A DNA stretch of 64,000 bases from the human T2T-CHM13v2.0 reference genome, Homo sapiens: the NCBI RefSeq assembly GCF_009914755.1, contig NC_060940.1; one strand, written 5' to 3'. Under the pieces are notes generated by a model, which saw only the letters and a list, made by a program, of their open reading frames with translations, was not told where the DNA came from and ran no database searches. The stretch's first letter is position 1; every line of letters begins with the position of its first letter. The translations under genes were made by a program, and so were the position numbers. Positions 1 through 41,529 of the stretch are shown here, piece after piece.

Positions 1-89
1 CCAGTGCCCAACACAGGGAACTGGACAAACGTTTCATGCACGACTCTTTTTTCCCTTCTTGGCTACCTTGAGGACCTTGATTATAATAG

Positions 90-248
<159 letters not shown>

Positions 249-663
249 TAGGCTCAGCTAATTTTTGTATTTTTACTACAGATGGGGTTTCACCATGTTG
301 GCCAGGCTGATCTTGAACTGCTGACCTCAGGTGATCTGCCCACCTGGGCCTCCCAAAGTCTTGGGATTACAGGTGTGAGCCACTGAGCCCAGCCGGATTA
401 TAATAGCCTTTTCATGCACCAGGGGCTTTATACTCATTATCTCATTTCATTCATATGAGTTGAAGTCAGCTTACCCCCCATTTCACAGATGAGGAAACCA
501 AGGCCCAGAGAGGTTAGGAATTCGTCCAAGGTCACACAGCTAGGAAGTAGGATTCAAACCCAGACAGCCAGGCTGTAACACCTAGGCTCTTCTCAGGCTC
601 ATGCCCTTCCCAGGGGTCTGGGAAGCCCTGACCTGCAGCCTGTCACCTTCGTTTACCCCCCAG

Positions 664-814
664 CCTCCAGGATATTATGTGTGCACCGGCGTGGGATCCT
701 GGAACTGGCAGGAATTGTGGGTTGTGTTAGTCCCTAGACTCCCATCGCCTATACGAAATATGGTTCCTTTTGTGGCTTGGGAGGCCATGGCCAGCCCTGC
801 GATGCCATTGACTG
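664..814 (+). pseudogene. PLA2G10: PLA2G10 pseudogene fragment, exon 2 (group X secreted phospholipase A2)
   Basis: Bounded by cag| and |gtgagt. Translates (A)SRILCVHRRGILELAGIVGCVSP*TPIAYTKYGSFCGLGGHGQPCDAIDW, matching recalled PLA2G10 ASRILRVHRRGILELAGTVGCVGPRTPIAYMKYGCFCGLGGHGQPRDAIDW. In-frame TAG at 735-737. Confidence 0.93.
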
Positions 815-1039
815 GTGAGTGCATGCCTGGGACCAGGCTACAAAATCCCTCACACTCTGGGGTAGTCAAGGCTTATGAGGAAGTACCCAAAACTGAAGCT
901 GGGGTTTGGTCCAGGGAGATCCCAGTGTGCAGTACTACTTTGCAGGCAGGCAGAGGCCTCTTGGATAACATGGCCAGTGAAGCCAGATCTTGGTACCAGC
1001 TGCCCCTTACCCTGGCCATGGGCTGAAAACGTTGCCTTA

Positions 1040-1414
<375 letters not shown>

Positions 1415-1476
1415 TCACTGGAGCCCAGGAGTTTGAAACGAGCCTAGGCAACAGAGTGAGACCCTGTCTCTATATT

Positions 1477-1478
<2 letters not shown>

Positions 1479-1542
<64 letters not shown>
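1479..1542. repeat. (CA)n microsatellite
   Basis: About 32 uninterrupted AC units. Confidence 0.98.
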
Positions 1543-1545
<3 letters not shown>

Positions 1546-1671
1546 GGCAGCCAGACTATGCACTAGGAACTGCCCTGGGAATCCCTTTGTGTTCTCACAA
1601 CAATCCCATTTCACAGATGAAGAAACCTAGGCACAGAAATATTCAGTAACGTGTCCAGGTGCGGTGGCTCA

Positions 1672-1982
<311 letters not shown>

Positions 1983-2827
1983 TTAGTTACCAAGACGTGG
2001 GAGCTGGGACTTGAACCCAGGCAGTCTGGCTGGATTCATGCCTGCAGCCTCTGCACTCCTGCTACTTACTGTGTGAGAAGCGCCTGTTCTGTGGAAGGTT
2101 GTGGGCTGAGATCTTTCCATGAGTTCCACTCATTTACCCCCAAGGCTGTTCTTAAAGACGGGCATGACAGTTATGCCCATTTTACAGATGGGGCCCTGAG
2201 GCTCACAGGGGCATGCCACTCACCCATTTCCACAAAGCTATAGTTAGTTAGCAGAGGGCAGAATTCGGCCGCCTCTCCCCTAGCTTGAAGGCTGTGATTG
2301 ACACAGAGGTTTTTTTGTTGTTGCTGTTGTTTGTTCCTTTTTCTTTTTTTTGAGACAGGGTCTTGCTCTGTCATCCCAGCTGGAGTGCAGTGGTGCGATG
2401 TCAGCTCACTGCAAACTCTGCCTCCAAGATGCAAATGATTCTCGTGCCTCAGCCTCCCAAGTAGCTGGAATTACAGGTGTGCACTACCACGCCCAGCTGT
2501 TTTTTGTAGAGATGGGGTTAGTAGAGATTTGTTTTATAGAGACGGGGTTTCACCATGGTCTCTACTAAACCCTGTCTCTACTAAAAATACAAAAATTACC
2601 CAGGCGTGGTGGCACATGCCTGTAGTCCCAGCTACTCAAGAGGCTGAGGCAGGAGAATCACTTGAACCTGGGAGGTGGAGGTTGCAGTGACCCAAAATCA
2701 TGCACTCTAGCCTGGGGTCTCGCTTTTGCCCAGGTTAGAGTGCAGTGGCACAATCATAGTGGCTCACTGCAGCCTCAAACTCCTGGGCTGAAGGGAATCC
2801 TCCCACGTCAGCCTCCCAAGTAGCTAG

Positions 2828-3099
<272 letters not shown>

Positions 3100-4268
3100 T
3101 GATCCACCTGCCTCGGCCTCTCAAAGTGTTGGGATTACAGGCATGAGCCACTGAGCCTGGCCTGGTGAGCTAATTTTTAAATTTGTTATAGAGACAAGAG
3201 TCTCTCTTATGTTGCCCAGGCTGGTCTCGACCCCCTGGCCTCAAGTGATCCTCCCACCTCAGCCTCCCAAAGTGCTGGGATTACAGATGGGTGTCACCGC
3301 ACCTGGCCTCCGAGGAGGATTTCATTATAAACCTGCCCTGAAGGGAGGGAATCCAATTTTACGAGAGGGTGTAGCCTGGTGAGGCCTGGATGACCTCCGG
3401 AGGCAGGGGCTTGTGCCTGGGCTGAGGCCTAAGGGACAATGGGCAGACATGAAGTTGCCCCAGGCAGAGGGTACAGTGTGGGCAAAGTCAGGAAGTGGCA
3501 GGGCTTGGATCACTCCAGGAAGAGAGAGGAGTCATGTGTCACAGGAGCTCGAGACCCAGAGAGTGAGGCAGGCAGGCAGGGACCAAGCTTGGGCACAGCC
3601 AGGAAGGCAGGACAGGGCATGGTGGGGCCAATGGAATCATTACCCAAGACGGGCATTTTCAGGGAAACAGCTTAGATAAGGCCAGGCGTACAGTAGCTCC
3701 CACCTGTAATCCCAGCATTTGGGGAGGCTGAGGTAGGAGGACTGCTTGAGCCTGGGAGTTCAAGACCAGCCTAGGCAACATAGACCCCATATCCACAAAA
3801 AATTTAAAAAAGGAGTTTGTGTTCCTGTAGTAGCATACTTGGGAAGTTGAGGTGGCAGTATCACTTGAGCCCGGGAGTTCAAGGCTAAAGTGAGCTGATT
3901 GAGCCATTGCACCCCAGCCTGAGCGACAGAGAGATATGCTGTCTCAAAGGAAATACAAATTAAAAAACCAGCCGGGCATGCTGGCGTGTGCCTGTAGTCT
4001 CAGCTACTTGGGACACTGAAGTGGGAGGATCGCTTGAGCCCAGGAGTTCAAGGCTGCCGTGAGCTATGATTGTGCCTCTGCAGTCCAGCCTGGGCGACTG
4101 CAGACTGCAGGACTTTTTTAAAGACCCTGTCTCTTAAAAAAAAAAAAATCTTAGATAAGAGGATGCTGTGCCTCCCTGGGGGTCTTCAGTCACCCATGGT
4201 CCTGGCAAGAGAGGAGGGCCAGGAGAGAGCTTCACCCACCTGCTGTCCTGCCCGTGTGACATCCGCAG

Positions 4269-4375
4269 GTGCTGCCATGGCCACGACTGTTGTTACACTC
4301 GAGCTGAGGAGGCCGGCTGCAGCCCCAAGACAGAGCGCTACTCCTGGCAGTGCGTCAATCAGAGCGTCCTGTGCG
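4269..4375 (+). pseudogene. PLA2G10: PLA2G10 pseudogene fragment, exon 3 (catalytic His-Asp exon)
   Basis: Acceptor cag at 4266-4268. Translates CCHGHDCCYTRAEEAGCSPKTERYSWQCVNQSVLC. The donor reads atgagt instead of gtgagt. No exon 4 found before the NPIP 3' end. Confidence 0.93.
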
Positions 4376-5412
4376 ATGAGTCCCCAGCAGCACCATGCCA
4401 CCCACCCCGAGTATCCCCTGGGCACCCTGGCATAGCCAGATGACTTCCGTGCCCCTGTTGCAATAACCACTGCTTCCAAGTCTCTGTAGACCACCCCTTG
4501 GGTATATCTCATGTAAGTGATATTTATTTTATTTATATTTTTTGAGTCAGAGTCTCACTCTGTCACCCAGGCTAGAGTGTGCTGACGTGATCTTGGCTCA
4601 CTACAACCTCTGCCTCCTGGGTTCAAGCGATTCTCATGCCTCAGCCTCCCAAGTGGCTAGGACTACAGACATGCACCATCACGCCCAGCTAATTTTTGTA
4701 TTTTTTTCAGTAGAGGTGGGGTTTCACCAAGTTGGCCGGGCTGGTCTCAAACTCCCCACCTCAAGTGCTCTGCCCGCCTCGGCCTCCCAAAGTGCTGGGA
4801 TTACAGGCATGAGCCATGGTGTCTGGCCCTAATGTGAGTGATCTTTAACACTGAGCACTTGAAAAAGAAAACCCTGAAGAAACCTAATTATTCGATGTCT
4901 GGACGACAAGGAAGAAGATAGAAATGGCATCAGATAATAAACAGTGTAAATGTTTGTTTATCAGAAAGGGGCTGGTGGTCGGGACAAGTAGGAGGATCGC
5001 TTGAGTCCAGGAGTGCATCTCTACAAAAAAGTTAAAGGATTTTTTAACATTGGCCAGGCGTGGTGGCACACATCTGTGATCCCAGCTACTTGGGAGGCTG
5101 AGGCAGGAGGATTGCTTGAAGCCCAGGAGGTTGAGGCTGCAGTGAGCTGTGATCGAGCCACTGCACTCCAGCCTGGGTGACACAGCAAAATCCAGTCTCA
5201 AAAAAAATAATAATAATATTTTACATAACCAACCACTTCTAAAGATTAAAAAAAAACCCCTATGATTAAAAACCTCAGGTCCCTCAGGCAATCATACCAG
5301 ATATCGAAACAAAGCAATAACATAAGGACTGCAGTATTTATTTTATTTTTATATTATTTATTTATTCTTTGTTAGTTTTTGGAGTGTGGGTTTTGTTTTG
5401 TTTTTTGAATTT

Positions 5413-5438
5413 TTTATTTTGTTCTACTCGGTTTTATT
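5413..5438 (-). promoter_or_regulatory. NPIPB polyadenylation signals (AATAAA x2)
   Basis: tttatt on + at 5433-5438 and 5413-5418, 35-60 nt downstream of the stop codon. Confidence 0.7.
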
Positions 5439-5472
5439 CTTATTGCTCAGGCTTGAGTGCACTGGCCTCTTC

Positions 5473-27626
<22,154 letters not shown>

Positions 27627-29599
27627 TTGCAGAATGAGAACAGGGGCTCATGATGAGTGCCAACCTATTAGATAATTTTAAAAAAAAAGTGTTGAATGAG
27701 TGGAAAAACAAGGTGATGTTTGAGTCTATAGTGGTCAAGGGCTTCAGAAAAGGACAGAACCAAGTTCAAATTCCTGTACTTTGAATTTCTACTTCATGCC
27801 ATGCAAAATTACTTTACCCCTTTTAACCTCAGTTTTCTTCTGTGTGAAACAGGAACAATAGTTTCATTCGTCATTCAGTTTCTCTCAAGGTTTCACGAGA
27901 TCATACCTATAAAACATCCAAGTCATTTAAATGTATCATCATTTCTGTCATAATTAGTGGGATCCATTTCACTATTATTGGATATACAGTTCTGTGCCTG
28001 AAACCTACAAAAAAAGAAAATGTTAAGTCTAAAAAGCATTAGTGATTTCTCATTTTTATATTACTAATTATAACCCTATTTAATCACACAAGGCCTTGTC
28101 CGTGGCAGGTGCTCAATAAACACTTGTCGAATCAATGCATGTGGGCTCCGGAGCCACACTGTTTAGATTCTATTCTGCCTCCACCACTTATCAGCTGTGT
28201 GATCTGGGTAAGATAATTCACCTCTTTATGTCTGCACTTCCCTCTCCATAAACTATATATAATGAGAATCCTTAGCTCATTCGGTTGTGGTGAGGGGTGA
28301 ATGATTTGGCACACAGGAGGGGCTTGTTAACATTAGCTGTGATGATCTCCTTCCAAATCTTCATTTTCAGAGCCACAGATGAGGCCACAGTGCAACCAGG
28401 TGACCTTAGAGTGTAAGTACACGATCGCCAGCTATGCTCTATCTCCACCATAGGTCCAAGACTGGGTAGTTCTGGCCTGGAGGTTTCTGCTACATCTGCC
28501 TTCTCAGTGTTCACCTAAGGACTTTTGTATTTTCCTCCTCGCATCCCCACAGATGGGGTTCAGGCTGCCGGACACAGCTGGGTGATGCCAGGGCAGTGGT
28601 CACCTGTGCCAGCCCCGTGAGGTAGCTGGAGGATCATTGTTCCTTCCTTCTCGGGCTCTGGGCAGATGCCAGGGCTGGGGTGACCCATGCCCTCAAGTTT
28701 CTTGCTTTGGTGGGCCACATTTTCCCTTGGCAAAGAGGGTAAAGGTCACAGGATGCCAGAGAGCTGTGACTTCTCTGTGCCCTGGGCCCAAACTATGAAG
28801 ACCTGACACACTATGCTAAAAGTCCAAGGCTGGGTGCTCCCCAGAGCTTCTTGCCTCACCGCTTCTGCTGAGGGAGGAATGAATACTATGTCCTCCCAGA
28901 GCTTTGGGAGCTTGTAGCAAGCAGCCTCCCCAGCGCAAAATCTCTTGGAAACCTCTAACTGTGTCTGAAACATTAGTGCAAATGTTGCATCCTATTTCCC
29001 ATATGTCCGCATGTTTTAGAAAAAAATCCTCAATTTCCTAAATATGCAAGAAAAATCGGTATTGTAGGACAATGTGACTTTTTAAAAAATGTTATTTAAA
29101 AATCTTCCCCACCTCCTTTTCTGCCCTCCAAGACTGCCAAATACTTGTTGAACATATATTATTAAATGCCTACTACATGCCAGCCATGATTCATGGTCTT
29201 GGGGACACAGCAGAGAACGAACTGACAGGATTCCTCTCTTATGTAACTCACATTCTTATATGATAATGATAAGGGTTAACATTAATTAAGCTGTCACTGC
29301 ATGTTAGTCACGGTGCAGTCATTCCCACACATTATTACACTTAAACCTGCCAGCAAGCTTGCAAGGTAGTTGTTTTTCCTTTAAAAACTGAGTCTCGGAA
29401 TGATGAAGCACTCTGTCCAATGTCACACAGCTAGTAAGTGTGGAGACCTTGCATCCAATCAATGCCCGTCTCATTCTAAAGGCCATGTTATGTGTTCTCC
29501 AGCCCATGGAGAATAATTTTAACACAGTCAATGAAATTTCTACACAACAATGTTCTTGTCTCAAGTCCAAGAATGCCTCCTACACCTCCTATAATACTG

Positions 29600-30949
<1,350 letters not shown>

Positions 30950-31214
30950 TAATTTTTTGTATTTTTAGTAGAGACAGGGTTTCACTGTGTTAGCCAGGAT
31001 GGTCTCAATCTCCTGATCTCGTGATCTCCGCGCCTCGGCCTCCCAAAGTGCTGGGATTACAGGTGTGAGCCACCGTGCCCAGCCTAATTTTTGCATTTTT
31101 AGTAGAGAGGAGGTTTCACCATGTTGGCCAGGGTGGTCTCAATCTCCTGACCTTGTAATCCGCCTGCCTCAGCCTCCCAAAGTGCTGGGATTACAGGCGT
31201 GAGCCACTGCAACT

Positions 31215-31245
<31 letters not shown>

Positions 31246-32093
31246 GAGACAGAGACTCACTCTGTCACCCAGGCTGGAGTGCAGTGGCATGATTTTGGCT
31301 CACTGCAACCTCCACCTCCTGAGTTCAAACAATTATCCTGCCTCATCCTTCGGAGTACCTGGGATTACAGGTGCGTGCCACCGTGCCCGGCTCATTTTTG
31401 TATTCTTAGTAGAGACGGCATTTCACCATGTTGGCCAGGCTGGTCTCAAACTCCTGGCCTCAACTGATCCACTCTCATTGGCCTTCCAAGGTGCTGGGAT
31501 TATAGGCGTGAGCCACCACAACTGGCTCAGTAAATACATTTTTTATTATCAAAAAAGAGTAGTGTATGGTTGGCGTATTCTGTGTAGAATGTATTTTATT
31601 GATGTCTCCTATTTTTATAATTTCTGAGTTAAGTACTTTTTAATTAATGCTTTTTAGTTTTGGGCAGATTCAGTTGACTAAAGCACCTCATTTCCCAGAT
31701 ACATGAAATAAAATATTTGGCTTCTTTTCCAATTTCACACTGATGTTATTTTGTGAAAATCAGTGCTTTAAGATAAATCGTTATACGTTAAGATAAACAT
31801 GAGAAACTTGATCTAATATTTAATATTTATTCAGTTCTACACTTTATTAACTTCTACACCAGCAGATTTAGACATTATGTAACCATCTCAAGAAGTTTCA
31901 CTTGGATGTAATGCTTCACGCTTGTAATCCCAGCACTTTAGGAGGCTGAGGTGGGAGGACTGCTTAAGGCAAGGAGTCTGAGACCAGCCTGGGCAATACA
32001 GCAAGATCCCATCTCTATTTTAAAGAAAAGTTTCACTTTGGGAGGCCAAGGCGGGTGGATCACAAGGTCAGGAGATCGAGACCATCCTGGCTA

Positions 32094-32351
<258 letters not shown>

Positions 32352-32953
32352 TCATCTTCCACAGATTTCAAGTTGTGAAGCCCTGAACTGTTAATTTATC
32401 TTGAGAATGTATATTTAAGCTTAATTTAAGACTATATACCTAAAAATTGAGCATATAATTTCTATAATTTGTTTATGTAAGTTTCTGTAAGTCATAAGTA
32501 TGTGGTTTCCAAGTGTATAATTTATCTGAATGTAATAGGCATTAATATATTTTACATTACTGGGACCATAGTACAGAAATTTCTAAATGGTTTGTAAAAT
32601 AACTTGTTATTTGTGTTGTTGTAAAAGCAGTTAATACAATGGAAAAACTCGTAATAAGAAGATACAGTTTAACATCAAAAAGTTTACCCAAGGTAATTAT
32701 GAGTACTACCTGGCAAAACTTCACGGAAGCTGTGGTATCACTTTTATGATGGAAGAATGGTGTTTGCATTTTGTGTAAAAGTACTTGCGGCTGGGCGTGG
32801 TGGCTCATGTCCCAGTGCTTTGGGAGGCGAAGGCAGGTGGATCATCTGAGCCCAGGAGTTTGAGACCAGCCTAGGCAACGTGGCAAGAGCCTGTCTCTCC
32901 AAAACCTACAAAATTTAGCCAAGCTTGGTGGTGTGAGCCTGTAGTCCCAGCTA

Positions 32954-33409
<456 letters not shown>

Positions 33410-33493
33410 TTACTTGTAATTAAAAATCATGCATCATTCACAATTTATATCTTTTTTGTTTGTACAAAAATGAACACAAGTTATTCTCTTTTA

Positions 33494-33880
<387 letters not shown>

Positions 33881-34386
33881 TTAACTTTGGTATTTCAGGT
33901 TGTATTTAAATGGAGACTTAACATGAACTATGTTCATAACACTTGACCAAATTAAGTGTAGATCGTCTCTTTAATAAAGAGATCATCTGGAACTGCAATT
34001 TCTAACTCATACATCATTGCTACAAACCTTATTTGTTTACTATTTCTCTTCCAAGGACCATCAGTCATCCTTTAAAATTCATTTCAAGCTCTGAAAAGAT
34101 ATTTTTTGTTACATGGGCAATTTACTTTTAGTACAGTAAAATGTTATGTGAATTTCTACAGTATGTTTGCCAAAATGAATTATATCTAGAATACGCTTAA
34201 CAATATATTCTGGAGGCAGCTTTCATTTGAAATTAGGTTCACCTTCTGAGAGTATGAAAAAGTTAATGGGTTTTTGTGCCTGAAGATTTTGATGTTGCAT
34301 TTGGCTACATTTAATCCACTTTCACCCATAAGTTTTAACATCTAAAAAAATTAAATCACTGCTAATGCAATTAAAATGCATTATGA

Positions 34387-34874
<488 letters not shown>

Positions 34875-35112
34875 TAGAATGAGGCATGTTGACACCTCCC
34901 CTTCCCATCATGGCCTAAGCTGGTCTTTTCAGTTTACTTTGGAATGTCCTTGCTCAACAGGAAGGGTCCATTCAGTCGGATTGGGTGGCTTAGAATTTTA
35001 TTTTTGGTTTACATCTCAACTATCACAGCAGCCGGGCGCGGTGGCTTCACAGCTGTAATCCCAGCACATTGGGAGGCTGAGGCAGGGGTATCACCTGAGG
35101 TCTGGAGTTCTA

Positions 35113-35385
<273 letters not shown>

Positions 35386-35790
35386 TTAAACTGGTTAATG
35401 CAGAAAGGAAGTCTGGAAATTCCAGTTTTAAAGTAAAATTTTGGACATTGTAGGATTGATTATTTGGCATAGTTGTGATGTTTGTTCCTGCGTTATGGTT
35501 TTGTTGGCAGGGCAGCCTTTAAGGACCTGTATATTTTCTTCTAGACTCTATATATTCCCTGTGAGTATTAGTTGTATGGTCAAACTGGCAAATTTTACCA
35601 TAGGTATAAATAATAGAGAATGTGGAAGAATAGTGAATAGTGTCAGAGATAGTTAAAAGTCCATACAATAGTAGAGAAGGTAATAAGTAATAGTGGCTTG
35701 GACTAAATATTTGTTGAATAAATGTTTTAAAAAACAGGCTACCTACAATTTGTGTTGAAGATATGAATGAATGAAGTTTCCACACCTTTA

Positions 35791-36509
35791 TGTGGAGACC
35801 TGATAAGTAAGCAACAATAAGGAAGGGTCCCCAGGTTGGGGAGAGCCCCAAGTTGAGAACAATAATGAACAATGATTGTATGAACAATTGTTAGAAACAG
35901 CTAATCACAAACAACCTGCGGGCACAATGACCTCATTCCACACGTAGCACCCTTCAGCAGGACCCTATAAAACTTTCCTCCAGCCCTTGCCTCTTTGCAG
36001 GTAGCCCCTTCTCTGCTGAGCTGCCCACTGCAACATATTTTCACAATTTCTCTAATAAATCTGCCCTTCTTTACCTACAACTATCTTGGTAAATGGCTTT
36101 ACCACCTGCAAAACTGACCCTAGGTTGTTGCTACCCGATATGGTTTGGCTGCGTCCCCACCCAAATTTCATCTTGAATTGTAGTTCCCATAATCCCCATG
36201 TGTCGTGGGAGGGACCCGGTAGGAGGTAATCGAATCATGGGGGCAGGTTTTTCCCATACTGTTCTCGTGATAGTGAATACATCTCACTAAATCTGATGGT
36301 TTTATAAAGGGCAGTTTCCCTGCACGTGCTCTCTTGCCTGCTGCCATGGAAGACATACCTTTTTGCTCCTTGCCTTCCACCATGATTCTGAGGCCTCTCC
36401 AGCCTTGTGGAACTGTGAGTACATTAAACCTCTTTTTCTTTATAAATTACCCAGTTTCCAGTATTTCTTCATAGCAGTATGAAAAGTAACTAATACACTA
36501 CCCGAGACA
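35791..36509 (+). mobile_element. Older ERVL-type LTR (MER54/MER74-like) hosting the THE1
   Basis: TG...CA ends, ctataaaac TATA box and aataaa; family assignment from memory. Confidence 0.5.
36136..36497 (+). mobile_element. THE1 (MaLR) solo LTR with 5-bp TSD CTACC
   Basis: gatatggtttggctgcgtccccacccaaat...ctaataca; ctacc at 36131-36135 and 36498-36502. Confidence 0.9.
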
Positions 36510-36904
36510 TCTTAGGAGATTTGTAATAGCTGTAATGCCAGGTCCACCATATTTTTAGCATAAAGCAAATGTTTACGCGTGATATGACTGCACGGGCTTT
36601 CTTTCAGCTGGAGCCATAGCAACTCAAGTAGTAACCCTATCTTAGTCTGATTAAAAGTAAATATTAGTCTGGGCATGGTGGGACATGCCTGTAATCCCAG
36701 TACTTTGGGAGGCTGAGACAGAAGGATTGCTTGAGCCCAGGAGTTTGAGACCAGCCTGGGCAACATGGAAAAACACCATCTCTACAAAAAATACAAAAAT
36801 TAGCTGAGCGTGGTGGCACACACCTGTAGTCCCAGCACCTTGGGAGGGTGAGGCAGGAGGATCTCTTGAACCCGGGAGGTGGAAGCCGCAGTGGGCAATG
36901 ATCA

Positions 36905-37764
<860 letters not shown>

Positions 37765-38247
37765 ATCATGCTACTGCACTCCAGCCTGGGCAACAGAGCA
37801 AGGCCCTGTCTCAAAAAAAAAAAAAAAAAAGGAACATGACTTAATACATTCATTTTGGAGGATAAGTCTCTCAAAATAGGCCTTTCACTGGGGGAAAATG
37901 GTAAAAATACTCCCTGGTAATTCAAGAATTGGAGACTCCTGAGATGCTGCTCATATTAGCTGAGCACTTATCAATACTTCACTTTTTTCCATATATACTC
38001 AAGGAACAAGTGCTATTTAAAGTGTTTCACTCCACTGGGCTAGGTGCAAGACTATAAAGAGGTGTGAGGATCAACACTTTTATGAAAACCAGTGTCATTC
38101 TGGATATAGTTTCAGATGCTAGTGCAAAGGAAGCTCTTGGTATACGGAAAAAGTATTCAACAATAAATTAGGCATGGTTGCTTCCATTTTCTGCCTCACA
38201 TACTTTTTTTTTCGTGGTTAAAGTGATATAATGTCTATGATATTTTA

Positions 38248-38523
<276 letters not shown>

Positions 38524-38644
38524 TCAGGCCAGGTGTGGTGGTGCACTCCTGCAATCCCAGCACTTTGGGAGGCTGAGATGGGCAGACAGCTTGACCTCAG
38601 GAATTCCAGACTAGCCTGGGCAACATGGCGAAACCCCATGTCTA

Positions 38645-38884
<240 letters not shown>

Positions 38885-38928
38885 TCAGGGCACATGGCTG
38901 CTACAGTCCTCTATTAAGCAATGTGCCA

Positions 38929-39320
38929 CAGCAGGGTCCCTGACCCCTGGGCCATGGACATGTACTGGTCTGTGGCCTGTTAGGAACTGGGCCACAGAGC
39001 AGGAGGTGAATGGTGGGTAACAATTGAAGCTTCGTCTGTATTTCTGGCTGCTCCCCATTGCTTGCATTGCTGCCTGAGCTCTGCCTCCTGTCAGATCAGC
39101 AGCATCATTAGATTCTTACAGGAGCATGAACCCTGTTGTGAATTGCACACACGAGGGATCCAGGTTGCATATTCCTTATGAGAATCTAATTCCTGATGAT
39201 TTGTGGTGGAACAGTTTCATCCCAAGACCATTACCATCCTGCGCCCCATCCCTTGCCGCCTGTGGAAAAATTGTCTTCCACAAAGCCGGTCCCTGGTGCC
39301 AAAAATGTTGGGGACTGCTG
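38929..39320 (+). mobile_element. MER1 (hAT-Charlie) non-autonomous DNA transposon
   Basis: Termini cagcagggtccc / ggggactgctg; internal ctctgcctcctgtcagatcagcagc...ttagattct motif. Confidence 0.8.
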
Positions 39321-39961
39321 TGCTTTAGAATCTGCCATGAATCTGCAGCCTCTATTATATAGCTCCCTATAGACTTTGCTTCCTACCGTCTTACGTTCTG
39401 CCTTATAGGCATTTGACTTTGCAACCCTTGTTTTTGTTAGTATGCTACGCTGGTGACATTGACCAAATTGACCACACATTAATTATAAGCTTAGTTGGTG
39501 ATGACCTCAACGGAATAACGTGACATAAGTATTGTGACAATACTTCTTGCATGTATCTGCAGGTGGAATTGTAAACCTGGTGGTCCGAGATGGTCTAATT
39601 CCATCTTCCTATGTATCTCCTTATATTAATAGTGGTAACATTTGTGGTGGTGATTCAGCATTTCAATGCCTCTTCTCATGGCAACAACAAACGTTTTCCT
39701 TCTGAATCAACATTAACCTAGATGTTACTGCGGATCAAAATTAGACTCTACATTTTCAACCACAGAAATACCGGGCAGTAAAAATTTTTCTTAATATTGA
39801 TTGCCTACATAGGTTGTGTAATTAGCATATGTTTACAGTTCTATGATTTCTGCGTGGCTGCTACAGAGCTGGAGGGGGTAAAGCAACAGTATTTTCTCAG
39901 TTGTCCGAGCAGCATTACATTATAATAAATAGGTAATATTAAACTGGGCTGATGAGAGTTG

Positions 39962-41505
39962 CAAAAGACTACTTTAATGTTCATATGGAACCAAAAAAGA
40001 GCCCACATTGCCAAGACAATCCTAAGCCCAATGAACAAAGCTGGAGGCATCATGCTACCTGACTTCAAACTATACTACAAGGCTACAGTAACCAAAACAG
40101 CCTGGTACTGCTACCGAAACAGACATATAGACCAATGGAACAGAACAGAGCCCTCAGAAATAATACCACACATCTACAACCATCTGATCTTTGACAAACC
40201 TGACAAAAACAAGAAATGCAGAAAGGATTCCCTACTTAATAAATAGTGCTGGGAAAACTGGCTAGCCCTATGTAGAAAGCTGAAACTGGATCCCTTCCTT
40301 ACACCTTATACAAAAATTAATTCAAGATGGATTAAAGACTTAAATGTTAGACCTAAAGCCATAAAAACCCTAGAAGAAAACCTAGGCAATACCATTCAGG
40401 ACATAGGGATGGGCAAGGACTTCATGTCTAAAACACCAAAAGCAATGGCAACAGAAGCCAAAACTGACAAATGGGATCTAATTAAACTAAAGAGCTTCTG
40501 CACAGCAAAAGAAACTAGGATCAGTGTGAACAGGCAACCTAGAGAATGGGAGAAAATTTTTGCCATCTACTTATCTGACAAAAGGCTAATATCCAGAATC
40601 TACAAAGAACACCAACAAATTTACAAGAAAAAAAAACAAACCCCATCAAAAAGTGGGCAAAGCATATGAACAGACACTTCTCAAAAGAAGACATTTATGC
40701 AGCCAACAGACACATGAAAAAATGCTCATCATCACTGGCCATCAGAGAAATGCAAATCAAAACCGCAATGAGATATCATCTCACACCAGTTAGAATGGCG
40801 ATCATTAAAAAGTCAGGAAACAACAGGTGCTGGAGAGGATGTGGAGAAATAGGAACACTTTTACACTGTTGGTAGGACTGTAAACTGGTTCAACCATTGT
40901 GGAAGACAGTGTGGCGATTCCTCAGGGATCTAGAACTAGAAATACCATTTGACCCAGCCATCCCATTACTGGATACATACCCAAAGGATTATAAATCATG
41001 CTGCTATAAAGACACATGCACACATATGTTTATCGCGGCAATATTCACGATAGTGAAGACTTGGAACCAACACAAATGTCCATCAATGATAGACTGGATT
41101 AAGAAAATGTGGCACAGATACACCATGGAGTACTATGCAGCCATAAAAAAGGATGAGTTCATGTCCTTTGTAGAGACATGGATGAAGCTGGAAACGATCA
41201 CTCTCAGCAAACTATCACAAGGACAAAAAACCAAACACCGCATGTTCTCACTCACAGATGCGAATTGAACAATGAGAACACTTGGACACAGGAAGGGGAA
41301 CATCACACACTGGGGCCTCTTGTGTGGTGGGGGAGGGGGAAGGGATAGCAGTAGGAGATACACCTAATGTAAATGACGAGTTAATGGGTGCAGTACACCA
41401 ACATGGCACATGTATACATATGTAACAAACCTGCACATTGTGTACATGTACCCTATAACTTAAAGTATAATTTTAAAAAATAAGTAAATAAATAAATAAA
41501 AAAAG
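39962..41505 (+). mobile_element. 5'-truncated L1PA (ORF2 C-terminal part, 3' UTR, poly-A)
   Basis: ORF2 peptides [45 protein letters not shown], interrupted by stops and frameshifts; G-rich 3' UTR and A-rich tail. Confidence 0.95.
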
Positions 41506-41529
41506 AAACAATTGCTGGCTTTGCAATTC

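Noticed and set aside
601-1026. 141-aa ORF
   Set aside because: Off-frame reading across PLA2G10P exon 2 and its introns; the homologous frame is the one containing the stop.
28820-28875. GCTCTGGGGAGCACCCAGC resembling the ACSM ALVEHPA exon
   Set aside because: The match is too short, frameshifted and lacks splice sites; likely chance.
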